This document shows, in pieces, positions 27,340 through 40,273 of a stretch of DNA of 64,000 bases (its first letter is position 1; each line of letters opens with the position of its first letter). Below the pieces are notes generated by a model. That model worked only from the letters and a program-made list of their open reading frames with translations. It was not told the origin of the DNA and made no database searches. A program made the translations under genes and the position numbers. The stretch spans positions 1 to 64,000 of the forward strand of contig JBDOQK010000042.1 of assembly GCA_040437565.1 (NCBI GenBank), written 5' to 3'. The stretch comes from Albugo candida. Lineage: Eukaryota.

Positions 27340-30300
27340 TTTTGAGGGAATAAAAATTTGGGTGGCAAAGGTTTCAGCACCCCCCCCCCGCTTCGATAAG
27401 GATCGGATAGTACGAGGGCGGAACTTCACCAAAAAAATATCAATTTCACGTAGAATTTGAGATCATCAAATGAACATAGTACTGAAAAGAATTACAGCAA
27501 ACACGCATCTCGCTGTTTGTCGAAATCTATGATATGCAACGCGTGCATTCGAAGTCAACTTTTCTAAGTACATTTATCCCAACAATTGCACGGGAACTTT
27601 TCGCATTTAGGTCGTTGACCACTTTTGAGACAGCTAACTTACCTTTTTCTAAATTCCAACCCTGAGACGTGAAAATTATGGGAAAATGGTCCCACAGGAA
27701 TACCTGGATCTTCTAACTTTAGTATTCTCTAGGAACATAGGAAAAGATTCCTGTACTNNNNNNNNNNNNNNNNNNNNNNNNNNNNNNNNNNNNNNNNNNN
27801 NNNNNNNNNNNNNNNNNNNNNNNNNNNNNNNNNNNNNNNNNNNNNNNNNNNNNNNNNTTGAGACAGCTAACTTACCTTTTTCTAAATTCCAACCCTGAGA
27901 CGTGAAAATTATGGGAAAATGGTCCCACAGGAATACCTGGATCTTCTAACTTTAGTATTCTCTAGGAACATAGGAAAAGATTCCTGTACTTTCCATGACT
28001 TTGATGTGTCAAATTTTTCCAATTGACCAACCTGAAAATATGAATACTTTTGGATAAAAGATTGCAAAATGTAGGGAAACGACTTTCAGAGGTTTAGCTT
28101 GTCAAGAATGCGTAATGGGCATATGGTTTGAATCTATGTTCCAGTGGACTGCATAAGGATCACGTCATCGTGCTCAGATATAAAACTCTGTAAGAAATGG
28201 TTCGTTACTCGATAGAGACAGGATAATATTTTTACTAATGACGACAGTAATTATCATCGGCTGGGAAAGGAGAGGCACTCATTGATAGCTCAATTCGAGA
28301 GCACATATGTGTCATGTGAGGTTTCTTGCTGGTGAGTGCTAGCGAAATCAAATGCATGAACAGGTACATATGACGTCTAATACGAAGAAGAACGAAGCAG
28401 ACGATCTCTCCAGCTTTTGTATAATATTGCGCATCAGACACGCTTGCACAAAATATACCGCGTCGTGCATCATCCCACATCATGCAATTGGAAGATATGT
28501 CATATTCAAGTGTAAAGCATCGGAATTTTCGTCAAATATCGTATCAGATGTACATCGGTAATGAACAAACTCGTGATTATCCCAGTCGAAAAGTGAACGT
28601 CGTGGTGCTCATGTATCCACGCACTGTCGATACCCGCGGACTTCAATTTAAACGTGTAGGTACCAGTTTTAGTGAATATGTGGCGTATATTTGGGCTGGA
28701 TTGTTTTCATTCTCATTTCGTATAAATAAACACTTATATGTCACCGATGTTTTAGGCTTAGGAGGAAGGGATTATTATGCTTTGAACGTAACAAACGTTG
28801 CGCTAAAGCTCAAGATAATGTTCGCTTCCGAGAAGGATAGAGCACAATCATAGAAGAATCATGGACACGAATCCATGTATCATTTACTTATACGCCATGT
28901 GACGTTTCATCTTCTCCAAATGTCACAATAAACAACTTTTTTTTGTAAGTTGAACGTGGAATAAACGCACTGCATGCGGATTGAGTATCACGTCATTAGT
29001 GTTATTACTCCTAGGATACTATTTTTATCGATTTGCTTTGTTTTTCTATCTTGATGCAAAAATCTAATGAGATTCTTTGTTTGAAGCCTTCGAAGATCAT
29101 CCAGCGAAAGAACGAGGTAATCTGCGGTAAAGGTATAGAGAATATTCCTGAATCTTAATCTTCCAGCTTAATGAGCACATTACTAATTCAAAGCATTGTA
29201 GCCATGCCTTAGCGTACGGAGATCGATAGCTTTGTAGTGTATCACACAGTTGTTTAAAAGAGCTTGTTCGTTCATGCACCTTAAAAGCTCAACTCTACCA
29301 AGATAAAGGAGTATCAACACTTCATTCATGAGGAATGAAGACATCCTGTTTAATAATTCTTGACTTTCTTAAAGCTGGTTCGTTGATAGAAACGTTTATT
29401 GGAGCATACGCCTGTGACTACTATAAAGACATGTTGTTGAGCATCTAACTTCACCCAGGTTTATTTGTTTTGAGTCAAGTAATTGATGCAAGGTTGCGCT
29501 TTTTCCAACTGGGAGGTTTTATATTTTACGCCCTCTTGTTGAGATTGTTGGAGCGTAAACGCTACCAGGATTAAAATGCTTTCAAAGTCTGTTTTCTTAG
29601 ATCATATGTCTTCGCGTGGGACATTATTCGTAGAAGTCATCGAAAAATACTTTGTACAAAGGCATGTGACCTTCCAGGTCAATCTCCACGCAACACGTAG
29701 CGCGCGATTATAAGATTCGATGTGGTTGAGAAGAAATAGAAAGCGACACTAGACATAACGTAGACGTACAATTGGATCTTATATGAAGCATTTTTTGTCG
29801 AGCAGCCGAAGCTACAACAGAACCGCAACGGTGAATTTTGCTGATTACTAACAGCAGTACTCCACGAGAAATAGGTGCGTTAGCCTGGCGTCAATGCGTC
29901 TTATCTCACAGAGAAAGCGGATCAGCAACCTAATTTACAATATTTTTTCTCTCATGATGGTCTTCACTAAATTTGCTAAGGAAGTTTGATATATTTTCAT
30001 CCCTGAATTACCATATTGAATTCATTTCGGATGATGTCGTCGAAGATGAAATATAAGCGTGTACATGGTACCGACAAAGAAGAACGATCTTCGCTTGATT
30101 TTGAGGGTGTAACACTACCATCAACGTCAGGAGTACGCTTTCATACATCATGTAATGAGATGAAAAATGTCAAGAGTAAAAATATCAATAGCAAAAATCA
30201 CACCGTAGAAGGAGTGTTTGCGGACACACCTCATTCATAGGACGTCGGATTCCTCAAACATTATCGATTGACGCAATAATGGATGGATGGTAAGGGTATC

Positions 30301-31052
30301 GCGATGCATCAAAGCGTTCTATAGAAATGGAGCAGGTTTTTCTATCTATTCTACGCAACATTATTCTGCACATATCTTTCGCTTTTTGCTAAAATAATAT
30401 CGAATGTCTTGCTAATAAATCAATGGACAGCAATTTCGTGAATCAGCTGCTGTTTCATTCAGTTTATGCTGTACTCGGTTGGACACGAATGTAGGTATTC
30501 CGAATTGGGAGAGCTTTGATGTGAATACCTTATGTTGAGACGTCTTTTATATTAAAGCTGATGTCCATGAACCAGTGTGGAACACATCCGGCTAATCAAC
30601 TTTANNNNNNNNNNNNNNNNNNNNNNNNNNNNNNNNNNNNNNNNNNNNNNNNNNNNNNNNNNNNNNNNNNNNNNNNNNNNNNNNNNNNNNNNNNNNNNNN
30701 NNNNTCTATAGAAATGGAGCAGGTTTTTCTATCTATTCTACGCAGCATTATTCTGCACATATCTTTCGCTTTTTGCTAAAATAATATCGAATGGCTTGCT
30801 AATGAATCAATGGACAGCAATTTCGTGAATCAGCTGCTGTTTCATTCAGTTTATGCTGTACTCGGTTGGACACGAATGTAGGTATTCCACATTGGGAGAG
30901 CTTTGATGTGAATACCTTATTTTGAGACGTCTTTTATATTGAAGCTGATGTCCCTGAACCAGTGTGGAACACATCCGGCTAATCAACTTAAAGCTATTGG
31001 ACGATAAATTAGTGGCTGTGGGCGTTTAGTACGAGAAGGCTTAGACTAGCTA

Positions 31053-34000
31053 CAGTGCACGACACCTATAACCAGCACCTCCACCCGGTGCGCAAATTTT
31101 TTTTGAGACACCCAATTACCCACTTAAACAAAAATATATCTCTATATCTTAAAAGTAGATTGCCGTTGCTTTCTGGCAATAAAGTCGGATTTTTGCAAAA
31201 TTCATTTTTGACGAAGTTGAAAGCCTTTGAAGTTCGGCAATTTTCGTGATTATGTATGGAGCTATGGAAATTTGGCCGGACATCTAAAAAAACACTTTTT
31301 TAACCAATTAGAACGGACCACCTAAAAATAGATAATTGTTTTAGCCAAGTAGAAAGGACCATTTAAAAATAGATAGTGTGTTAGAAATCTGATACAGACT
31401 TACATATTTTCTTTGCTGGTTATGTGTATATCTGTAATCTAGTTTAAAAAGTGCATTAACGTTCATAAGAACAGAGACTGGAATGCGACGGTGTGAACGG
31501 TACTTCTTCACTGCATATTCGGCAGCTTTTCCACTGAGATTTTTACGGGAGACATCCATGTACCGTTGTGTCTTGCATGCCAATCGGCGAATTGTTGTCA
31601 AGCTGATTGAGGACGTGGCAGAGGGGACAGTTTCTTGCAAGACAGCCCAGGAGTAATTGCAGTGCTTCCGTGCGTACTGCTTTGCGGCGCCCCAAAAGTT
31701 CTCAATCTAGTTCAACTCGCAATGAAATTTGGTGTAAAATATAATTTTATGCCCAGCTGCTGTAATCACCCCCTCAAGTAATCCACGCTGGGCCACAAAA
31801 TCTGGCTGTCGGGACATGACAGTGCGAGCGCAGCAAGAAGGAGTATCAGAGCATCTGACATCACTTGGGCAAACCAAACATAAGGCAGGTTGCCAAAGAC
31901 CACGTTCGCTTAAAACAGCCTTGATTCCATTTGGTTTACCACGTAATTCCTCATTCTCATAATCGTCTGAGCAAACTATGCTCTGAGGCACATTGTCTCC
32001 ATAAGTCGTTGGCCTTGAGAAAAGCACAGATTAATTGATTGTTNNNNNNNNNNNNNNNNNNNNNNNNNNNNNNNNNNNNNNNNNNNNNNNNNNNNNNNNN
32101 NNNNNNNNNNNNNNNNNNNNNNNNNNNNNNNNNNNNNNNNNNNTCAAGTAATCCACGCTGGGCCACAAAATCTGGCTGTCGGGACATGACAGTGCGAGCG
32201 CAGCAAGAAGGAGTATCAGAGCATCTGACATCACTTGGGCAAACCAAACATAAGGCAGGTTGCCAAAGACCACGTTCGCTTAAAACAGCCTTGATTCCAT
32301 TTGGTTTACCACGTAATTCCTCATTCTCATAATCGTCTGAGCAAACTATGCTCTGAGGCACATTGTCTCCATAAGTCGTTGGCCTTGAGAAAAGCACAGA
32401 TTAATTGATTGTTTACAGTAACTACGGGGATAATTTATTTAAATCATTCCTCATTTTTGGTTGTTTTCCACCAGGGCCCAAGGTTCATTCTCTTTGCAAC
32501 AAGTGCATCACCAGCAAAAGCAGCATGACTGGTTGCATTGTCGAAGGCAAATAGATCTTGAGCACAAGGAAATGAGGCATTGAAGATTGGAATAGCTTTG
32601 TCACGGACTTGTGCATTCAGATGCTCTGCTGTCCATCAGCCATCGTTATTCTTTTCAGGCTTCATGTAAACACAGGACTCTATTGGCATATCAGGATACT
32701 CAAGCTGCTTTGCTTCATCGAGCGCCAAGCGCCCGCAAACATCATTCAGAAATTCGCTAACGTGAAGGGAATGTCCTTGTTTTTTTTTTCGTAATGGCTG
32801 CTCTCCCTCCGGCAGCCAGAGTTTTCTTTGACCATCATTTGCTGAAAAAACGCTCTCATCATGCGTAACAAGTATCAATGGTTCCACACCATCTGCAGGC
32901 CACGCCATAACTTCCATATTTTCACCAGAAAAAACTGGAAACATAGGGTCATATGCCTCCATTAGTGCAAGAAACTCATTTAGGTATGCCACAACATCAG
33001 CACGCTCATATCCATCACTGTAGAGACCTTTGCGGACCACTCGAAAGCCAAGATTCATTTCTTTCACCCATCGCATAGCAGTTCGGGATGATATTGTTGG
33101 TGGTGGTGTATAACCGAGGGAAGGGAGAATCACATCATTAATGTGAATTGTAAGGTTGGTGATGTCAACTGCGAATTTATTTTTGCGCAAGTAGGTCTAT
33201 AATTGCCCCACAATGTCCTCATCCCACTAAACGACAAACGCTTTGCGTGTTTTCCTTTTCGGACATTGGCAGCTTGTGGTCCTTTAGAAATGCACGTGCC
33301 AATGTGCGTAAAGCACGTGAGAAGTATCCGCCCTTTCCTATGCTTGTGATGACAAAGTCACTTGCGCTCGTGCGACTTCTCCCATTTTTGCAAAGGCGCA
33401 GGTACAAAATCAAAGCTTGCACGCGTAGCTGCTCTGCCCCATTAAGCTTCTTTGCTTTGTCAATTTTAACAGTCTTGACAATCTTCGCCAATTCTTCTAT
33501 TGCACTGTCAAGGCCCCTCTCATCCCACAGGCTATCTTCAACATCGTCAGTTTCGGAATCTTCGTCAGCAGAAACTCCTGCTGCCACAGGCTCTTGCCGC
33601 ATAAAATAGCTGGTCAGCTTTCCTGAACCTTCTGCTGCCTTGCGCTGATTCTGTTTGTGACGTCGACGTGTCCACGGTGAATCACCACCATAACGAAATG
33701 GGCGGTTGGTGGTTGGTACTGGAGCAATAAGAGCTGGTGACATCGCCACCTCCAACTATTCAACTTCATCTTCAGTCTGCTCTTCTTCCTTGTCACTTGT
33801 TGGTTCCTCTCCAAAAATTTCATTCTCCATGTCACTACCATCTATATTGTTTCCACTGTCAGGATGCTGTGAAAATGGTGGTGAACCGTGATGACTTTTT
33901 TCTGCGTTTCTGGTGTTCTGCAGGTGTTTTTTGCGCTTTGATAGCTGTACCATGTTGCCTAGCGAATGTTTTTTGCTGTTTAGAATGTTTGAGGGTGTTG

Positions 34001-34228
34001 GTATGTATCTACTGTATGAGTCTACATATAAATCTACATAGGTGTCCACCCTATAGTTTCGCGTTCCATATTAATGTCGGGTTCCGATTGGTTCTAAAAG
34101 CAGGTATTTCTCACGTGATTGGTTCACAAACAGGTTTCTGTCACGTTCTAAGTATACTCTGCATGAAATAGATTTTTCGAAATTTGGCCGCAAAATATGG
34201 GAGTGTCGGTTATAGGTGTCGTGCAATA
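31053..34228 (-). mobile_element. Complete IS630-Tc1-mariner transposon nested in the Copia 5' LTR
   Basis: 21-bp TIRs: CAGTGCACGACACCTATAACC (31053-31073) and GGTTATAGGTGTCGTGCAATA (34208-34228). TA duplicated (31051-52, 34229-30). The empty site is visible in the 3' LTR. Confidence 0.95.
31341..33953 (-). pseudogene. DDE transposase (Tc1/mariner-related, long D-E spacer), disrupted
   Basis: MVQLSKRKK start; LVTHDES (first D), FAFDNATSH (second D), KFHCELN*IENFW (E); C-terminal KKYRSHRR. Contains stops and frameshifts. Confidence 0.9.
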
Positions 34229-34300
34229 TAGTCAAATGAAGTAAGGACCTCCTACATTTAATATATCTTACGTTCCAAACTTTATCTGAAGTGCTCAAAA

Positions 34301-34313
34301 GGTCATGAGCCCA
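34301..34313 (+). promoter_or_regulatory. Primer-binding site, tRNAiMet anticodon-arm (half-tRNA) type
   Basis: GGTCATGAGCCCA directly after the LTR end, resembling the copia/Ty5-type GGTTATG(G/A)GCCC site. Confidence 0.75.
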
Positions 34314-37300
34314 AATACTCAGAACGCGGTCGACGAACTCCTTGGCGAGAACAATTACTTTAGATGGGAGTTCAACGCGCGTATGAAGCTAATGAAGAAG
34401 AGTTTGCTGCATCATAGTCACTTAGCGAAGATCCTGCAGCTTTGGCAATCTGTAAAGTCAACAACCTTAAAGCCTTCGCAATCATTTCAATGTCAATTAG
34501 CCCGAGTCTCCAGGAAATGATCAGAGGCGCTTGTACAGCCTCCCAGTTATGGGAGATTCTAAAGAAGTTTTACCTTCGAAATAGTATGCACGAGAGAGTA
34601 CGAAACCGGCGAAGACTTCATGAATTCCGAATGGAATAGAGTCAGAATATTATAGAATATTTTATGAAACTTGATGAATTATGCCTTTCGATGCAAGCTT
34701 GTGGGGATGTACTTAGCATGCATGAGCAAATAGTAATATTGCTTGGGAGTCTCTCGGATGAGTACGATCCCATTATTGAAATTATCGGAAATGCACAAGG
34801 GATAGATCTTTTCAAACAAAAGAAATGCTGCATCGGGAGTATGCACTATTGGTGAAATAAAAGACAAGAGAAATTGCTCTCAAAGCAAAAGCAATGAAGA
34901 AGTCGGATAGATTCAACGCAAAAAAATCTCTTCAAAAGACTTACAAATTCGAAGGTAAATGTTATCACTGTAACAAAGGTGGACATAAAAAGGCTGAATG
35001 TTAGAAAAATGTAAATCACAAGAAACAGTACGGTGAACAAGCATTCACAGTGTGTGAAGACATGGCTGAAGGTTGGCTGCTCGATAGTGGAGCAAGCTGT
35101 CATATGTGCCCATTCAAAGAAATGTTCAGTGAACTCCGACCACTCAAGAACCAAACATATATCTCTATTGCGAATGCAAACAAAGTTTCAGCAGGAGACA
35201 TTGGTACAGTTCCAGTTATTCTGAAAAACAAAATATCAATTCGTATTGAAAATGTACAATATGTACCAGATTTGGATCGCCGATTGCAATCTATTCCAGC
35301 ATTAGCAGAAAAAGAACTTAATGTCTCTTTTGGAAGAGGAGTTTGTGAAATTAAAGACAACGAACGATTTGTAACTCAAGTCACAAAAATGGGGAAGGTT
35401 TATGTGGTAGAGTGTGCTATAAATGAATTAGCACTTGTTAGCACTTCGGGTAAAGAGATACATGATCAACAATCATCAAGTTCCAGTGTATGGCATGTCC
35501 GGTTGGGACATTTACCTACCAAGCAAATTGAAGCTTTGTAGCACTGCGTTGATGGTTTCAAGATGAAAGATGAAATCGAAACGAGAAAGAGACGAAGAAG
35601 TCATTTGTGAAGGATGTATCAATGGAAATCGTTTTTGCACGCGTTCCCAAAGTCACGCTATGGTAAAAATCAAGTCCGATCTTCAACCTATAAATAGTGA
35701 CGTAATGGGACCAATGGAAACGAAATCTCAAGGTGGAGCAAGCTTATGGTAACTTGCATTGATGATTACTCTAGGTATGTAGTGTCATTCGACACAAATC
35801 TGAAGTGCTCGATCGGTCCTCAATTTCAAAGCAATGATGGAAAACCAACTAAATTCGAAAATTAAGTGTATCCGAACCGACAATGGTGGGGAATTTATCA
35901 ACACTCGATTTGCGAATATTTGTAAAAGTTCCGGTATTATGAACCAAACAACAGGTCCGTATTCGCCACAGAAAAATGGACTGGCTGAACGAATGAATCG
36001 GACCATTACGGAACGTGCGAGATCCATGATGAATCACATGCTAGTAAAGAAGAAGTGGTGGGCTGAAGCTATGAGTACCGCAGTTTACATCACCAATCGA
36101 GTTCCATGTGCCACCTACCCAGACAAGACACCATGCGAGATGTGTTTTGGGAGCAAACCATGTCTTACTTATGTATGCATATTTGGTGCCCGAGGTTTTG
36201 CTCACATTGAGAAATCACGACGGAGAAAGTTGGATAAGAAGGCGGTCAATGTATGTTACTCGGATGTTCGGACAATATGAAAGGATTCCGCGTATGGAAT
36301 TTTGAGTCGTAGAAAATCGAGATTACTCGTTTAGCGCAAATTCAAGAATTAGCCGAGACAAAATAAGTTCAGGTTGTTATTGGAGATAAATCATCCGAAC
36401 GAAATCGAAATGAATGTCAGTGTGACGAAGTAAGCGAACAAATACCGATCAGGACAATTCCGCATGTCGAGAGCATGGATGTAGATCCGACAGAAGCGTC
36501 AACAAATGCGAATGAAGATTTGACAAGATATTCGACTCAGGGGCAGTGTCGTTTGGCTGCTTATCAGACATCTCCCAACGTCGATATGGATTTTGCGGAA
36601 GACGATTTTAGCACTATTGAGGCCATTGTGCCCAGAGGAGACTGGATAACCTCGAAAGCTACCCGGTTTCTGGAAACCCTCAAGTTGGGCACGATGTCCA
36701 TCTGGCACTTCCACTAGGTCAATCGTTGCAAGCAATAGTACAAGTGGAATCGTCTACTTCTATCGTTCCAGTAAAAAATCTAATTCCATGAACTGTCCAT
36801 CTAAAAGATATCGTATCGAATACGAACAAGGGGATGCAGCGATAGAAGCTCCATCATCCTAGCAAGAGGCCGCGAAGTCACCTCAATCGGAATTATGGTA
36901 TACTGCAATTCAGGCCGATCTTCAAGCACTGAGCAAAAAACAAACGTGAACGGCTGTAACGAAAAAGGCTATCGGAACCAAATGGGTTTTTACAATTAAA
37001 CGAAACGAAGACGGTAAAGTTGAACGGTTTAAGCCAAGATTGGTGACATTTGGATATCGACAAACTTATGGTGTTGACTACACAGATACGTACTCCCCAG
37101 TCGCGAAGTGTACTCAATTCGTATTTTCCTTGCAATTTGCTGCCATCAAGGGCGTACGATTCATCAGTATGATGCTGATACGGCCTTTCTTAACGGTTAT
37201 CTGCAAAAAGATGTGTTCATCTATCCACCTCAAGGTGTTGAAAGCAAGCCAAACCAAATCTTCAAACTCAGTCGAAGTTATATGGACTTAAACAAGCAGA

Positions 37301-38388
37301 TGTGACTTGGTTCAAGACAAGATCAACTGTATTTGCTCAGATAGGGTTTCCAAAATGTCTATCAGGCTCATATATGTTTGTGCGCAAAGATTCCAAGTCA
37401 TGGGTTTATGTCAAATTATATGTCGATGACATGCTGATCGGAGCCAAAACCATCGACTCGATCAAGAAAGTTGCAAACGAACTTTCGAGTCACTTCAGTC
37501 TAAAATTCTGGGAAACGTGCGATTTAGCCTTGTTATTGAAGTGGAATACAAACAAGAACTGCGACAAATGAAGATCAGTCATGGAGCTTGCATACGAAGA
37601 ATGGTCGAGAAGTTCAACCAAGTAAACGCGAAGTCAGTGTTTAACCCAAATGTTCCGGGGCTTTGTTTAACGAAATCAGACGAAAAAGATTTGAGAATGG
37701 AAAACCGATCATATCGCTCACTTGTCGACTCTCTTCTGTACATCGCAATGGGCACAAGACCAGATATTGCTTTCACGGTTTGCCAGCTCATTCGACACCT
37801 GGAGCAACCAAGCAAACAATACTGGAATGCAGAAATCCGTGTTTTTGCCTTACCTGAAATCTACCGCAATGAGAGGAATATGTCATGAGGCTATGCCAGG
37901 AATTATCGACGTCAGTACTTACAGTGATGCGGATTGGGAAGCGACAAGGAGACAAGAAGATCAACCTCCGTTATAATGGTGATGATAAACAACTCTCCCG
38001 TGATATTCAAATCAAAACTACAGCAGAGTGTGGCTCTCAGCACAGCCGAAGCTGAGTACATTGCTATCTCGTTATGCATACAAGAAGTCATGTGGGTCAA
38101 AAATTCATTATCTTAGTCAAAGGTGAGGATCGATGATTCAGTGATCACTCATGAAGACAACCAAAGTTCAATTGCAATTGCCAACAACGATGGAGAGCAG
38201 AGTCGAGCGAAACATATCGACATACGGTACCATTTTGTCCGTGAATAAATAAAGGCCAAAACGATCAAGCTTTAATACATCGACACCAAGTTTTAGTTGG
38301 CTGATTTTCTGACCAAGCCAGTGCCGAAGAAGAAATTTGAATGACTTCTGATTAAGTCCAACATCACGAATTTATCCTCCAAGGGGAG
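34305..38388 (+). pseudogene. Copia gag-pol polyprotein, disrupted
   Basis: NNYFRW, zinc knuckle CYHCNKGGHKKAEC (~34960), WLLDSGASCHM, WHVRLGH, IRTDNGGEF, PQKNGLAERMNRTI, YVDDMLI, YSDADW, LSTAEAEY, KHIDIRYHF, ADFLTK. Confidence 0.95.
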
Positions 38389-38574
38389 TATTGAAGCTGA
38401 TGTCCTTAAACCAGTATGGAACACATCAGGCTAATCAACTTTCAGCTATTGGACAATAAATTTGTCGCTGTGGGCGTTTAATACGAGAAGGCTTAGACTA
38501 GCTAGTAAAGCGAACTAAGGACCTCCTACATTCAATATATCTTACTTTCCAAATTTTATCTAAAGCGCTCAAAA
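38389..38574 (+). repeat. Copia 3' LTR (186 bp)
   Basis: Follows the PPT and matches the reconstituted 5' LTR. Confidence 0.94.
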
Positions 38575-40273
38575 TGTTAGTGCAAGTATACGAGTACCTG
38601 ATCCAATAAATCTAAACATGAGCATATCTGCAATCTTGCCAATACGTGGGAAGAGACTAATGTTGACCCGCCTGAAAGCTATTTCGCGTTGCAAGTCTAC
38701 GCTTCAGTATCAGGTCTCCTTTCCACGGTGGTGACTGCAGTAACTGCCAAATCGTAGACAAAAACATATTCAGAGCGCACAAATGCGGCTTCAATGGCAA
38801 CCACGGCAACTCTGTCACTATAATTTCGACATGCTACAATACATAAAACATTGCTCTCGTATAATATATTGTATGAATATGAACGTGAATGCTGCATGCA
38901 AAATACGTTTGTTTACATCAGCGACCGGCTACTTGGGCAACTGTTGCGAGCTTTTTGCTGTCATGTTTTTGGGTAACAAGAAGCTTAAAAACCAGTCAAG
39001 AAAGTGCATAGTCGCGCTACAAGCCAAATTATCACTCAATTAGTCCCTGCTTGCAGCGAATACTACGACGCTTTGATCCGCGCATTTAGCATATCGATTT
39101 CTAGAGTAAATGTATAATTCGGCACTCTGTTGATGACCACGTCGTCTTTGCACATTTATGGAGATTACTCGCATTCCATATTCGATAAAAAACGGGTAGG
39201 AGGACATGTATTCATTTAAGAAGAGGGTTTTGGAAAAGACGTGATTCGATGGGTTACTTGCTCCTTGTCAAACGCTATATGTATAGCGCCTGTGTCTGAA
39301 ATAAAGCTTACTTAGATCTAGCGTTACAATTGCACGCGAATTGCTCCCTTGAAGTCGGAGACGTTCGCGTTGACAACTGGCTTGCTTTTTTGTACTATAT
39401 TTCACCCTTCGCGGCCTGAAAATTGTGGATGAGATGAATCTCAAAAATTAAGTGCCTACAGTTGCTGACTTCACTATCCAATGTAGTTGTGCTAATCGAT
39501 GGCAAGAGGTTTAACCCATCTGATGTGTCAGCAGGGAGCCATTTAGCGAGCTGAAATAGGTGAATAGTTTCAAGGAATTGACCAAGGGTACGACATACAA
39601 AATTCTTACTCAAGGTATCGTGCCGATCATGGGTCATGGGCAAACCAGTATAACTAAATTGTTCATCTGTGGATTACATGAGGATTACTTTACAGTGCTT
39701 AACTTAGATGCGAGCCTCAGTACTGACGCAGCCATATTTATTGACTGGTGAAGCAGAGGTACTGAATCGATTGTCTCATGAAACGTTTTGTAGTTGGCGG
39801 ATGCCAACCAAATGAAGTGCGTGGACAATTATCTATCTACTTCGATACGAAGCAGTACACACCATTTCCTTTTTCCAATCTTTGATATGAGATCCTCAAG
39901 TAGCGAGAGTATCAGTTGTAATAGTTTTAAGATGTTTAGGATTTAGCTTCGCGCTTTAGGCTCGTTACGTTTAATAATATTATTAGATATGTAGCATTCC
40001 TTCCTTTTGATTTTTTTCAATTTCTTTCTGCATAAAGAAGCATTTGTATGTGAAATATGGGGCGTAGCCAGCGTGACAGAAATAGCAAACTTTTCCTTAT
40101 CGTCTATATGCAAAGAAGCATGAAAGAACGAAATACAATACTCTTTAGGTAAGAAGCGTATCGGCGAAGTTGGAGTATCCCCTCCGCTTTATAGATGGAA
40201 CAAAAGTCAATCAACAAAAAGTTTGGTCATAATTCCCTCAATCATTGTATAAGTGAAGTTTCACCTACGTTTC

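Larger units (their letters stand above)
30937..34300 (+). repeat. Copia 5' LTR in two parts (30937-31052 and 34231-34300)
   Basis: Joined parts give 116+70=186 bp, colinear with 38389-38574; about 19 mismatches by manual count. Confidence 0.93.
30937..38574 (+). mobile_element. Full-length degenerate Ty1/copia LTR retrotransposon
   Basis: Two 186-bp LTRs, the 5' one split by a DNA transposon. Imperfect TSD TTTTA/TGTTA, PBS at 34301, PPT AAGGGGAG at 38381-38388, domain order gag-PR-IN-RT-RH. Confidence 0.96.

Noticed and set aside
33247-34171. Plus-strand ORFs of 120 and 144 aa
   Set aside because: Antisense shadows of the transposase gene.
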